This document shows positions 1 through 13,210 of a stretch of DNA of 64,000 nt, in pieces. How positions within the stretch are numbered: position 1 is the stretch's first letter; the number at the start of each line of letters is the position of its first letter. A model generated the notes under the pieces. That model searched no databases. It saw only the letters and a program-made list of their open reading frames with translations, and was not told where the DNA came from. A program made the position numbers and the translations under genes. Source of the DNA: Haliotis cracherodii. Its lineage: Eukaryota. The stretch is taken from positions 57,536,001-57,600,000 of the forward strand of contig NW_027266308.1 of NCBI RefSeq assembly GCF_022045235.1, in the 5' to 3' direction.

Positions 1-665
1 TGCATCGGCCTCCCCTTCAGCGTGATAATGTTTCACGCCAGTTTCTGTTTTCGTGGGTGCCTTAACGACTACGACAAACTGTGTATACTTTTCTTTGCAC
101 GATTGTCGAGGGGTTTTCAAAGGTGAAATGTATGGCGACCTTGACCTCGACCTCGACCTCGAACTCGACCTCGGCCTCAACCAAGCAGGGCATGACATCC
201 TCATCCGTTTTACGAACATCTGGTAACGTCATTGTATTAGATTATTATTTTTAATGCGTTCGTTTCTTCGATTTTGTTTGCCTGACATAACAACATAATG
301 TCCATGAAGTCGCGGTTCTACACCCGCCTAAATCCCAGTGACATGAAATAAGATATTTTAGTCCGATAGGATACCTCTGTGCGTGTAATACTGACACGCG
401 GACTTTGTTTGTCCAATGTAACCTAAGGAGCCAATCAGATGTTACCTTTCTAAGCGATTCGGCTTCACTTTTTTACCTCCTTGATTCGGGAATTGCAATT
501 TATAAAACTTATGAATTAACGTATTTAATGTTATAGGGCGGCTTTGTTTATTTTTGCTCTGGGAACTGCCAACTGTATTCGTTTTCGAGGTACTAAAATC
601 AGATATGATTGTATGAATGCTTCGTTCACTCTTACGGAGAATTTAAAAGCCTCGACACTGACACT

Positions 666-1253
666 GGTTGTGTCAGATGAACTTTCGAATCAGCCAGTGT
701 CGCAATCTCATTAAAATCAGATCTTAGTTCCCGCTATGCTAAACAAAGATCTGAGGACATCTGTCGTCAGGTCAGAACGACCTTTCATCCAACAAATCAG
801 AGCGTCGCTTACCAAATCATGAAAGTGACAGTCGGAATGTGTTTTTTTTAATCATGCAACCACGAAATATTTAACACGGGGTATTCCGAACGACAGTTAC
901 GGGTTTTATGATTATATCCATACAATCTATTTGATCTATAAGCCATTCCAGAATGCAGAATGTTCTTCTTATCAGTTTTGAATTTTTTTAATCGAGAATA
1001 AGTCAAATTATGTTTCGAAGAGTAGTCGCCAGTTTGAAACTAGTGTCGTAAAGCTCGAGAAAGCTGCCTTCTGATTGGCTAATGTCGATTTCTTGTCAGT
1101 CATTTCATTGGTCGGTCAAAATTTGCGAAAGGTCGTTCTGACGTGACCCGTAATGGGATGTCCTCAGATCTTTGTTTAGCGGTAGCGAAAACTAAGATCT
1201 GATTTTAATGAGATTGCGACACTGGCTGATTCGAAAGTTCATATGACAAAACC
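666..1253. mobile_element. Fold-back element with ~120-bp inverted arms
   Basis: 666-786 is the near-perfect reverse complement of 1127-1253; the core CAATCTCATTAAAATCAGATCTTAG recurs at 5959-6373 and 51905-51999. Confidence 0.75.
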
Positions 1254-1341
1254 TCTATCCTCCGACCTTGATACAGAGATGTCGTATCGGAGGGGTTTTT
1301 TTACATTCCTTATTCATTTCGCACATTGTACATTTAGATAG

Positions 1342-1800
1342 TCAGATCCACAATGACATCAAAGAGCTTCTAATATTCATGGAATGGAATATATACAATG
1401 AAAGGGTTTTCATGGTTTCAGAATGACATGACAGCAATATGTTAAATTTATGCAATGTAGGATGGACATAATATTTTCCCGGAATATATTTGTTACTAAG
1501 ATTGTTATATGTTTTACAAATAAACAGAAAATGGTATTCGTTTTCGATAAGACCAATGTTACATAAATTTAGGTTACAAACTCTTTGGTCGATTGGGACA
1601 TTGTGATATCTGCCCACGCCAATACGGAGTGTATGAGAACTACGTTCGCGGGAAAGCACAGTACGACATTTATCAATATTGCTATTTAGAAGATACGGTT
1701 CAACACAAAAATCTAATTAAAATAAAGAATAGGTATGCATTTTAAAACTACTAGCAATATCTGAATGCCATTCTTGTTCATGAATATATTTTAATCGTGA
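1342..1800 (-). mobile_element. Non-LTR retrotransposon 3' fragment (C-terminal CCHC region)
   Basis: LRIGVGRY..QRVC..C..IENEYHFLFIC is the LINE ORF2 C-terminal motif. Confidence 0.75.
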
Positions 1801-2090
1801 TACAAATTCAAATACAAATAGTTTTAGAAAAGAAACTGGTCGGTTCTCCGAAATTTAGATAAGATATTTTTAACCGTGGATACCCAATTAATCTTGCCAT
1901 TTACAGCTTCTTTAAACAACGACTATTAGGCATAGGTATAACCTTAACCGTATCGGAGGTAAAGATATGATGTTAATGTGATGAAGTTTTTACAGGCTTC
2001 CAGCGATGATCAGACCTCGTGGTTAATGGGTACTCCAAATGTCTGATCATTGTCTGATCATTGTCTGATATTGTAAATATATTTGACTTA

Positions 2091-2417
2091 CCGTATTCGA
2101 CGTAATAAGCGCCCACGGCGATATTTGCTAATATATTGGCTAGTGAAAATCCCAATTAGCACCCCTTCCGATTGATCAATGTACAAAAGACTTATTTATT
2201 CGCGTATAATACGCACTCGTGTGTTATATGCACCCTTAATTATGGGAAAATAAATTCTGGAAAAGAATATCTGTTGTATATAAACATAGAGGCTATCAGC
2301 ATAGACCACGAACTTTAACTTTCAACTCTTTTTTTTTTTTCAACAATAAATATTCTAATAAGAGCCCCCTATTTCTAATTTTGAGAGTTCCTTGGGTCCT
2401 TATTACGTAGAATACGG
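2091..2417. mobile_element. pogo/Tigger-like MITE (TIR CCGTATTCGACGTAATAAG)
   Basis: TIRs; near-identical inverted copy at 58153-58494. Confidence 0.8.
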
Positions 2418-2646
2418 TGAAACAGTTGTGTACATATCTACCATTTTTATGTATATTTTTTAACGTTTAATTTGTAATATATTGTCTTGTAGCACCGTTG
2501 GTGTGGTTGCGAAATAAAATGAACCTGAATCCAAGAATTATCTTTGGAAAGACCTACGTATCGCCGGTCGTACGGCTTTGAGTTTCGGTATCAGAATGGG
2601 GTTACTGGCTTCTATCAATTCGTATTACAGTCACAAGGAGACTCTA

Positions 2647-2899
2647 GTGAGTGAGTGAGAATGGTTAAACGCCGCTTTAAACAATATACCTGTTATAGCA
2701 CGACAGGTAGGTGAAAGCCCGAACGATGCAGGTCTCAGATGTGTACCACTTTCATGAAATCCACGAGCACGGGTATGGTGCTAACAAACCTTGAAAAATA
2801 ATCGTGGTGAACCGGGATTCGAACCCACAATCAAAGGGACGCAACTCTGCACAACGAATTGCGGCGCCTATGACGACTGGGCCTCTCGCCTGTGCCCCC
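2647..2899 (-). mobile_element. SINE family C (rearranged)
   Basis: Reverse match to the family C head and tail, with (TGAG)n. Confidence 0.75.
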
Positions 2900-3580
2900 A
2901 AACACATAGTAACATATATATATATATATATGTTTAAGAGGTACTTACGTATTGTTAGTTACAATTGCGGAATTTCTTTCGAAATTTTAATAAAGGCGAC
3001 ACAACCTTTACTATAGCCATCTCCGCTGAAGACGTGTGGTCTAGTTCTCAAATCTCATAAATTCCTCAAGTAGATAACGTAGAGTGACACCATTATGATA
3101 TTTGTAACCATGCCAAGCACCACTTCTGTTGTATCGTTTTGTACGTTACTCTCAAGTAGATGAACCTCGTTGTCTATGCATCGTTGTCGTTGGTGGGTTC
3201 GAATGCCGGTTCGCCCCGATTATGTTTCTAGGCTTGTCAGCACCATACCCGTGCTCGTGGGTTTCACCGAAGTGGTAAACGTCTGAGACCTGCATCACTT
3301 TGGGCTTTCTTCCCACATTAAGCTGACACGCCGCGATATAACTGGAATACTGTTAAAAGCTCACTCGTTGTCGTTGGTGGCCTATAATCCCAAGGGCACA
3401 TTATTGTTTTTCTAAATCATTACATCCACGTCTTAGCCTGATATAATCCTGTATGCAAGGAAATCCACGTGGTTAAAGAGGTTATCATATGACATTATAT
3501 ACATGGACAGGAGAACTGTTTGTGGATTGTCGTTAAAATACAACAACAATGTCATTTACTTCGCGTATTGACGTTTACAG

Positions 3581-4126
3581 TAGGTATGGGACGGGTAGCT
3601 CGGGTACTTGGGTCGGATGGGTCCTGAGTAGGACCCGGGTACCTATAGGACTACCCGGACCCGCGGTTAGTCACATGATATTTTGTTTAATGACAAAAAC
3701 TCACTATAGCTCAATGGTTACACTACAAATCGCTAATGTTCGCATTTCTTTCTGACGACGCACGCATTCCTTTTGACTTGTATATGTTTGCGTAAAGATG
3801 AAGCTTCAGTCAACTTCAGTGTACGCATGATCTGATCGTTTGATAGTTTGATAGATGTATCTGAGTTGGATTCATGTTAAACTGCGGCATGGTATCTCAG
3901 TGAGCTAGCACTATAAATCGGCATCAGTCCGGACTAGTACAAGCAGCCACACAAACACACACACGTACATGCACGTCGCTATATAAGTGCAATAATCTTG
4001 GACGCGACGTTAAACCCCATTTCACCTCACATCACCCAGCTCTTGAGACCTGCTGTAGGTACCCGGGTAGGGTCGGGTAATAGGGGATCGGGTGCCGGGT
4101 AGTAAATTTGGACTCGTCCAAGCCCT
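3581..4126. mobile_element. hAT-like non-autonomous element with CCCGGGTA subterminal repeats, carrying a SINE D fragment
   Basis: TAGG..GGACG termini in inverted orientation; repeated ACCCGGGTA motifs at both ends. Confidence 0.55.
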
Positions 4127-4198
4127 AGTTGACGGTACACGTGATTTCAGTGTATCGGAGGAACGTTCAGGAAAACTGTCCAGTGACTGTTTGTTATA

Positions 4199-4373
4199 CA
4201 GTAAACTACGGTTATAACGAACACGCTTATAACCAACTGCATGATATAACGAAGTTATATTTTAGTCCTGGCCACTTGTTGTATATATGTTGTATATATG
4301 CTTATAACGAACTACGGTTATAACGAACTAAAATTAGTGGTCCCTTTGAGTTCGTCATAACCGTAGTTTACTG
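4199..4373. mobile_element. Tc1/mariner-type MITE (TA TSD, TIR CAGTAAACTACGGTTATAACGAAC)
   Basis: Terminal inverted repeats flanked by TA; sister copies at 5637-5811 and 5153-5302 (partial). Confidence 0.85.
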
Positions 4374-5636
4374 TATTTGTTTTCGGAAAATGAACTGTCG
4401 CAAACGCATTCAGCTTCGCGGAGAACACTGAGATGCACTTGCTTTTCTTGAATGTTTGTTATGAAAGCATGTTTATTAATTATCAAAGGGGGCTAGCATC
4501 AACCATAGTGGTGGCTAGACGTTAGAACACATGGTTACACTGACGATGATCATGACAACCCACATGACATCGTTGGTAACAGTTTAACCTTCAGTCATAT
4601 TAGGACTGATTTTGAACAGGAAATGTCACTATATGCGTGTAGTGTTCTGCCTACAATTGTTTTGTATGTAAATATATGATTGTGGGATAATAGAAGGTGA
4701 TTAGAAAACTTAAGATTTTATTTTTCATTCCACTGCGAAACAATACATACTGTTACATATATATCCCCACTCATAAGCAGTACCTTTTGACAACGCCATG
4801 TTTACATATTGTCATACTCTTATACCCCCACACTTAGTGACACAAGTTCGGCACAGTGCTGATAGAACCTGGGATTCGAAGCATGACCAGCAGATCCTGA
4901 CATGACTAAGGGACACAACTCAACGCGTTTGACCACTTGGGCACGCGTTATGAATAAGTCTGTGTCCTCTGAACAGATATATTTTACATACGCTTCATTG
5001 AGTTTTCCCGCAGTGTTAACGCCTGCGACTTGAGTTTAACATCCATATTCAGTGAAATACACAGATTCCTCTGTTCAGAGTAAGTGAGTAAATGACATTA
5101 CATATTATGCAGCAACAATGTGGCGTCTTGCACGATCACGTAATCATTTATACAGTAAACTACGGTTAAAACGAACACAAAGGGGCCACTATATTTTAGT
5201 TCGTTATAAGCATTATGTACAGCGTTATGTACAGCATATATTCAGAAGTGGCCGGGACAAAAAAAATATGTTCCTTATATCCGTCAGTTCGTAATAAGCG
5301 TAGTCTACCATTTGTGCAAACCTAATGGGAATCTTGAGCATATTGGTCACCCGTGTTTGCCGCGATACAAATAACATTGGAGAGGACACTGGCAGAAAGC
5401 AGCGTGGTTTGTTTGGGTAGATGAGTACCCGGGTACTGCCCTATAGACAGCAGGGTACCCAGCTAATACAAGGAGGCGTCCTGTTCCCATTACACTGGCA
5501 GGGTATGGCGAAACCTTTCTACCAGCGAGAAATGTTGCATCTCATTCAAGAATACGAATAGGAGAAAACACCGATGAGAAGTGTTTTCTCTGACTTATTC
5601 AGCGTCGAAACAACATGTATTAATATTTGTTTCATA

Positions 5637-5811
5637 CAGTAAACTACGTTTATAACGAACACGCTTATAACGAACTGACCGATATAACGAACATATGTTT
5701 TAGTCCCGGCCATTTCTTGCATCTATGCCGTATATCTGCTTATAACGAACTACGGTTATTACGAACCAAAATTAGTTGTCCCTTTGAGTTCGTTGTAACC
5801 GTAGTTTACTC
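5637..5811. mobile_element. Tc1/mariner-type MITE, same family as 4199
   Basis: Same TIRs and internal sequence. Confidence 0.82.
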
Positions 5812-5933
5812 TATTATGTATAAACGTGAGTTAAAACAGTCTAAACAAGCGCTCGTAAAATATATATGGCCAGGAAATATACCCTGATGGTTGCTTCTAA
5901 CGAACATAACCATAACCTGTCATTACATCAACC

Positions 5934-6546
5934 GACCCGTGAAGATCCGGGGTAGAATCAGTCTTATTAAATCAGATTAGTTCTCGCTACGCTTAACATT
6001 GGTTGGTTAGTTGGTTTGTTGTTTAACGCCGCTCTCAGCAATACTCCAGCTATATGACGGCGGGCTGTAAATAATCGAGTCTGGACCAGACAATCCAGTG
6101 ATTAATATCATGAGCATCGATCCACGCAATTGGGATCGATGACATGCATCAACCAAGTCAGCGAGCCTGACCACCCGATCCCGTTAGTCGCCTTTTACGA
6201 CAAGCATAGTCACCTTTTACGGCAACCATGGGTTGCTGAAAACCTATTCTACCCCAGAATCTTCACGGGTCCTTCCGCTTAACAAAGTTTAGCATTAAAC
6301 AAAGTTTAGCATTAAAATCAGATCTTAGCGAGAACTAAGATCTGATTTGATGAGACTAATTTTAATGAGATTGGGGTAGGATAGGTCTTCAGCAAGCCAT
6401 GCTTGCCGTAAAGGGCGACTATGCTTGTCGTAAGACATTGCTCATGATATCAATCACTGGATTGCCTGGTCCAGGCTCGATTATTTACGGACCGCCGTCG
6501 TATAGCTGGAATATTGCCGACTGCGGGGTTAAACAACAAACAAACA
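5934..6546 (+). mobile_element. Family B copy split by a fold-back element that itself contains another B copy
   Basis: Head at 5934-5958 resumes at ~6374 after a GGGTAGAAT / GGGTAGGAT duplication. Confidence 0.7.
6001..6271 (-). mobile_element. SINE-like family B (non-tRNA head GACCCGTGAAG, (CAAA)n tail)
   Basis: Full-length copy; TSD CGCTTAACA at 5990 and 6276. Confidence 0.85.
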
Positions 6547-9423
6547 ATACAAACAGTACAACTACCATTCCCTGGTACTGTTTATTTGTGAGCATGGCAG
6601 TGCTTGGACGGATGGCCGCCGGTAAAGATCGATTCCAGTTGGGATCTGGCTGTCTTAGTGTGTATTCACACACCGACTAGTTGGGTCGGTACTCACACAT
6701 TCGATCACTGGTTTGCCTGTCCTGGGACATTTCTCACAGACACCAAACACTCACCCTAACCCTAACAAGATACATCTGAACATGAGGCTTCAAACCCAAA
6801 TATAATTTGATATACCCATTTTCCCGAGTCTGTCTCCAAGACCCTAGAAAATAAATTAAAACATTAATCCAACTGGTCTAGAATGTGGCAAGTCTAGATA
6901 GCCTGGAATTTAGCATTGTTGTGGAATCAATTTGGATTCTATTTGTTATTTTGTTGATATATATTTTGAATAAGACAACTTTATTTCTGGGACTTAATGA
7001 TAGTCTACCTATTTCCACTGAACCTGACATGACTATCATCACGTAGCGTAGCGGTTAAAGCGTTCGCTCTTCGTAGAAAGTCCCGGTTCAATTCTCTGCA
7101 TGGTCAAGATTTGTGAAGTCCAAGGTATTGCATCAATATTGATAAGAACGGAGTAAAACATACATACTCATTGTGATTCTATCTTTAAGATCAACTGGTA
7201 GTACCTTATCAAGTACACCTTGTATTTCATTGCTTAGTCAAAGTCAAACTTGACAGAATACGTAAACGGTTATTAAATATTAGTTTTAACGTATGAGACA
7301 TTCACGAGTGTAGTTTGCATACCACACAATCTAATGGGTTAGATAATCGGCGATTCTGTGTGATCAAAGAGGAATGATATTGAGTGTTTGTGTGAGGGCC
7401 ATTAACGATTTATTGATTAAATACCCCATGCCTCCTGACAATTTGACTGAGTGTACCCACGTGCTGCGGAATACAAATACCCACGAACAGGTAGCGACAG
7501 ATACCACCCGTTATAACGCCCGACCAGTTCGCCATATCAACCAACTTAATGCTACCGCTGTCAAACCAGTATTCCCGATATAACGCTTTCGAAAATTGGG
7601 TACTATTACAAAGTTATGTTTTCATGAGTGAGCAAATGCTTATGTATGTTTTAGTTATGGCTTAATATCATTCCAAGTCTTTTTTTCTGGTTTGTACTTG
7701 TGATCGCGTTATATCGAGGTACGTAGATCGATCACTATTATATATACAAGTGATCGGTGGAGTCGTGTATTCCAGAGTCAGGCGACATAGCGAGGAGGTA
7801 TAGTAAATGTTAGTATAAACACTTTTGACATGTCCATTCTTTGCGGGTGTCGTTTTACAAGCCTTAATTACAAACCGTCCCACAAGCATGTTACGTTAAA
7901 AGTCTAAAGCCGAGAGTTTAATTTCCTACTCGCAGTTGAAGTCACGTTCGTTGAACGCTGTGCATGTCGATATCATGTGACGAAGTGGGTACGGTGTAGA
8001 ATATATCGCTTGTGTCAACATAAAGTTGGGAGAGGGGCCAGCCTTACCCCATACAGGTAACAGCTTCGCCCCCAGACACCTGGCTGAAATTACCGTTACT
8101 ACACAGAGTGTGTAAACCTCCTCAGGTAAGTCGCGAAATTATACTATTTTGTGTGCGGATTATTTGAAATAGTTTTGACATTTCAAGGATCAAGAATGTC
8201 TGGGGTGGTTTTTTTTATTTCATATGATAAATAAGATGTTTTTGATATCGTTAAGTGAAGTTTAGAATCTACAGTATCAGTTAAGACAGCTGAGAATTTC
8301 AACTTTTTATTCCGGCTTGATAACGGTACTTTTACCGGTACCGCAATGAATGAATAAGAAGATGAAATCTATGTCAACTGCTGTCTTCATCTTAGAACTA
8401 GGGTTGAATCAATCGCCGTGAAATAGTTGTAACATTGCTGGCTGTCACGTATATACACTGCAGGGCAAAAGACAGTATTCACCATGTAGGATGGTGGCTA
8501 AACATGACACAAACGAGAAATGGTTATTCGATGTCAATGTATTTGATACGGGTATGACAGCTGTGTTATGAACTTAAGTTTGCAGTGTTTTCAGTCTAGT
8601 AATGTTTTCATAACGTTTGTAATTTTTTGGTCAAATCCAATTTTCAAGTGAATAGTTTATTTTGTCCGTCAGTTTACATTCACTTTGTAATCAAAATGTC
8701 AATATATGTTCAATCTACCAACCTAACAACAGTATTGTGATATATCAACCTATCTATCTCTCTACAGAACATACCAACATATCTACCTTCTTTGTCAAAA
8801 GCCAATCTACCGATCTATTCATAACCCATTCAAAGCAATTAATTATATCACTTATCTGTTTACCATCCCGAGATTCGTGATTTCAAAGATTTCATTCACG
8901 TGCTTACAAATGGCCCGTTGTATATCCACCGCCACAAGACACGTTAGACCTGACGATTTGACCTGTCCCTTGCCCTGGAGGCGTCTAGAGTCAACTCACT
9001 GGGAGAAGCTATAGTGACTGGGGCTGTGCCCGATCCAATGGTTATTCACTGGGTTAATCATCCCCGGCACGGATATCTGCCTGCTACGGGTCACCTGCAG
9101 CCCTTTTCTCAGTAGATCTCCAAGGGCGTCGGTTTATTCCACACTCTAACTGATCCATTTCCTGGTAGGTGATGTAGAAAATCGTCTATCTCACGCCAGC
9201 CTGACATTCCCCTGTTTGTCATATACCCTGGACATGCGATTGTTGAGGCCATGTGAAAAATACCGTGTACTGAAACACTAAGTCTACATTATTGCAGGTT
9301 TGTAACGGGCCCCTTATATCTGACGACGCTAGTACATTTCGAGCCATGTTCTGTTGTCAATAACCTATCATGCATTCAACGTCTTACATTAAACGTCAAA
9401 CTTATACAAGTATATTGATAAAT

Positions 9424-9745
9424 GGTGAGGTGGGGTGAAATGGAGTTTAACGTCACCTTAAAGATTATGGCAGTTATGTGTGTCTGCTTGTACTCGTCCA
9501 GGCTAATGTCGGTTTTATAGCTCTAGGTCCCTTGGATGACAGCCGCAGTGTAACACTGATACCCCACACAGTATACTGACTACGAGCCGACCAATCCTTG
9601 TTATAGCCCCTTAACGCCGAGCGCTAGGCAGAGTAACAACAAATACCTTCTTTTAACGTCTTCTGGTCTGACGCGGCCGGGGATCGAACCCCCGACCTAC
9701 CGCTCTCCGGGCGGAGGCTCTATCTACTACACCATGGAGACGGTC
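9424..9745 (-). mobile_element. SINE family D, MetaSINE-like (tRNA head plus conserved central domain)
   Basis: B box GGTTCGATCCC; central GGATTGGTCGGCTCGTAGTCAG resembles the Meta domain (from recall); partial copies at 3875-4035 (+) and 46995-47195 (-). Confidence 0.7.
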
Positions 9746-10291
9746 AACTCATAAATCACTCTGCATCTGGTTTCTGCAATAACACTTTCTAGAAAACGAC
9801 ATTTAATTAGTTGAGTAAGTTGGCCCCCAATACTAACACATGGATTGGCGAGGAAATTACGGAGACTTGAACCCAAATACCATTTGTTTCGATAGTACGC
9901 AACCATTCCGAGTCTGCCTTGGTTTAGTTACTTTGTCCTCGAACCTTAGTCACGTCGGTCGAACTCACACGTTTAGACAATGGTGTGCCTGCTCCAGATA
10001 TAGATGCGAAATTGTTACAATATCTTGAAACATACCCAGGTACGCTCACACACAAACACACTCAGACACTGTCACGCACGCATAATATATATAATGTTGT
10101 GTTACAATATGTTCCTATCACGATGTTCATATTGAAGTATTTACATAACACTTTTATTAAATTAACTTAAAAAACAGGAGAAGCATATATATCCTTGTTC
10201 AGGGCTCTATATTTCCCGCCATCAGCAGGTAGAGATTCTCTGAAATAGTAAAAGAGCCTTGTACCATGAATTGTAAAGATCAACTCAACGG

Positions 10292-10558
10292 AACCCGTGG
10301 AAATCCGGGGTAGAATAGGTCTTCAGCAACCCATGCTTGCCGTAAAAGGTGACTATGCTTGTCGTAAGAGGCGACTAACGGCATCGGATGGTCAGGCTCG
10401 CTGACTTGGTTGATGCATGTGTAATCATATCGCAATTACGTGGGTCGATGATCATGATGTCAGTCACTGGATTGTCTGGTCAAGACTCGATTATTCACAG
10501 ACCGTCATAAAGCTAGAATACTGTTGAGTGCGGCGTAAAACAACAAGCAAGCAAATAA
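10292..10558 (+). mobile_element. SINE-like family B
   Basis: Full head-to-tail match to the other copies. Confidence 0.85.
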
Positions 10559-11797
10559 GCACCGGAACTTGGGGCACGTGCATCCTGATCATCAACACAT
10601 TTCTCGTGCAAGGGCTCCTCACACAGTACAAATACACACTTCAAAGAGCTCTGGTATATTTTCAAATAATTTCCACAAACGGCTTTACAAAATCTTTCAT
10701 GATATTAAAATGATATAAAAACAAGCCTTTATTTGGAAATAGTTTCAATAACAAAAAAACATGGGAAATGCAGATTCGTAAAAAAGAATCCACAATTCAC
10801 GGCTGTATTTACACCTACTAGTTTTCCTGTCCATTGTGCGTTATTCAAGTGAAGGATATTATTGTAACAAGGACACTCCTAACTTCACATTCGGGTCTCG
10901 TACTTTCTATTTACGAGTGGTTTCTCCATTACAAAATCTCCTTCATTTAAATATCGTACAATGGACAGGAAAACTATAAGTAAATACTGAGCTGAATTAT
11001 ATATTAACAGTTTTTCAAATCTAACACATGTTGGAAGTTCCAAGGTTTCACAAGTTCCAACTGCACTCCAGAGCACCATTCAGCGCAATGTTGAAATCCA
11101 GACAGGGTTAACTCCGTCATCGCTTCCACCCAGCCAGACGCAGGCAGTGGTGATATATCATCAGAATACCCGCCTATAACACAATACCGCGCCATTACCG
11201 AGCCCCACAATACCCGGAACGCGAGCCATTCACCCAGTCACAATAATACTTACTGAACTTGGGGAAACTTGATACAGTATACAAACTGCCTACTCTACAT
11301 GCGCGCCAATTACAATATACCTGTCATACTGCCACTTCGCGATAGACTGATTTGTTGTGGTCTATGTAGCAGGCGTGTTGATACCATCTTGCTGCGAGTT
11401 AGATGGGCTGGGGGTTGTTTGTATTAACTCTGTGGTTTATGGTTTCATATAGACGCTTATACTTATACGGATTTGATATATTACGTTATATACCCGGCCT
11501 GACGAGATAAGATACAAATATATTAGAACATCACCTTTAATACCGACGATTCGGTAACATCGTTCGGATAAACAAAGGTCCTGATTAACGAGATTAACAG
11601 ATATGTGAATTTCTAGATTAATTTGACCGACGAAATCAGGAATGTGATTATTCAAAGTTGATCCCACATTTAATCGCCCTGAATATGAAGTGTCCGGTAC
11701 AACGAAGATATGTTGCGTATTGATTTGCTCAATATTTGGACAATATGTACAGTTGGATATGTCTTACCGATAAAACAAAGCTTTATCATATCATTTT

Positions 11798-12752
11798 TTG
11801 TCTTCAACGACAGCGATGGTGGCACCGCCTTGTCCCTTGTCCTGCCGTCATGTCCTTAACGACAGTGATGGTGGCACCGCCTTGTCTTGCCATTATGTCC
11901 TTAACGACAGTGATGGTGGCACCGCCTTGTCTTTCCATTATGTCTTTAACGACAGCGATGGTGGCACTGCCTTGTCCCTTGTCCTGCCGTCATGTCCTTA
12001 ACGACAGTGATGGTGGCACCGCCTTGTCTTGCCTTTATGTCCTTAACGACAGTGATGGTGACACCGCCTTGTCTTGCCTTTATGTCCTTAACGACAGTGA
12101 TGGTGGCACCGCCTTGTCTTGCCTTTATGTCCTTAACGACAGTGATGGTGGCACCGCCTTGTCTTTCCATTATGTCCTTAACGACAGTGATGGTGGCACC
12201 GCCTTGTCTTGCCATTATGTCTTCAACGACAGCGATGGTGGCACTGCCTTGTCCCTTGTCCTGCCGTCATGTCCTTAACGACAGTGATGGTGGCACCGCC
12301 TTGTCTTGCCTTTATGTCCTTAACGACAGTGATGGTGACACCGCCTTGTCTTGCCTTTATGTCCTTAACGACAGTGATGGTGACACCGCCTTGTCTTGCC
12401 TTTATGTCCTTAACGACAGTGATGGTGGCACCGCCTTGTCTTGCCTTTATGTCCTTAACGACAGTGATGGTGGCACCGCCTTGTCTTTCCATTATGTCCT
12501 TAACGACAGTGATGGTGGCACCGCCTTGTCTTGCCATTATGTCTTCAACGACAGCGATGGTGGCACTGCCTTGTCCCTTGTCCTGCCGTCATGTCCTTAA
12601 CGACAGTGATGGTGGCACCGCCTTGTCTTGCCATTATGTCTTCAACGACAGCGATGGTGACACCGCCTTGTCCCTTGTCCTGCCGTCATGTCCTTAACGA
12701 CAGTGATGGTGACACCGCCTTGTCTTGGCGTCATGCCCTTAACGACAGTGAT
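11798..12752. repeat. 45-bp minisatellite with 52-bp variant units
   Basis: Unit TGTCCTTAACGACAGTGATGGTGGCACCGCCTTGTCTTGCCTTTA, about 20 copies. Confidence 0.95.
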
Positions 12753-13079
12753 GCATTATAAAGGGAAAGTCCTATGAATCAAGGAATTAAGCTTTTCCTT
12801 CCGTTTGTCGTGTGGGATAGGGGTGTACAAAGTTAAAAAATCAAATGTTTTGACATTATTGAACTTGATTCTTTTCTCAGATTGCAAAATTCAAACAAAT
12901 CCATATGGTATTAATTCTACTTGTCTCAAATACAGTATGTGAATATAAAGAAAGCCCTTTCCTGATTGTATTTAAGGTTATGGTTAACATCTGAGACAGG
13001 GTTTTGGTGGTACCTCTGATGGACTCAGCAATATGTCTCTATTTGTACAGATTTGAAATGCATTCAGAAATGATACACA

Positions 13080-13210
13080 TAAGAAGGAGAATTTAAGGAT
13101 GTCAACTTTTTTATTATGAGGAACACAATGTCACAAAGAAGTAAGCATATACTCCGACACGTTGTGTTCCTCATAATAAAGAAGTTGACATCCATAAATT
13201 CTCTTTCTTA
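13080..13210. repeat. Hairpin/MITE with ~50-bp inverted arms
   Basis: GGATGTCAACTT..TTATTATGAGGAACACAA versus TTGTGTTCCTCATAATAA..AAGTTGACATCC. Confidence 0.75.

Noticed and set aside
11736-12761. Repetitive ORFs, or a CRISPR-like array
   Set aside because: Head-to-tail 45-bp units with no unique spacers and no cas genes. ORFs appear in several frames on both strands because the unit length is a multiple of 3.
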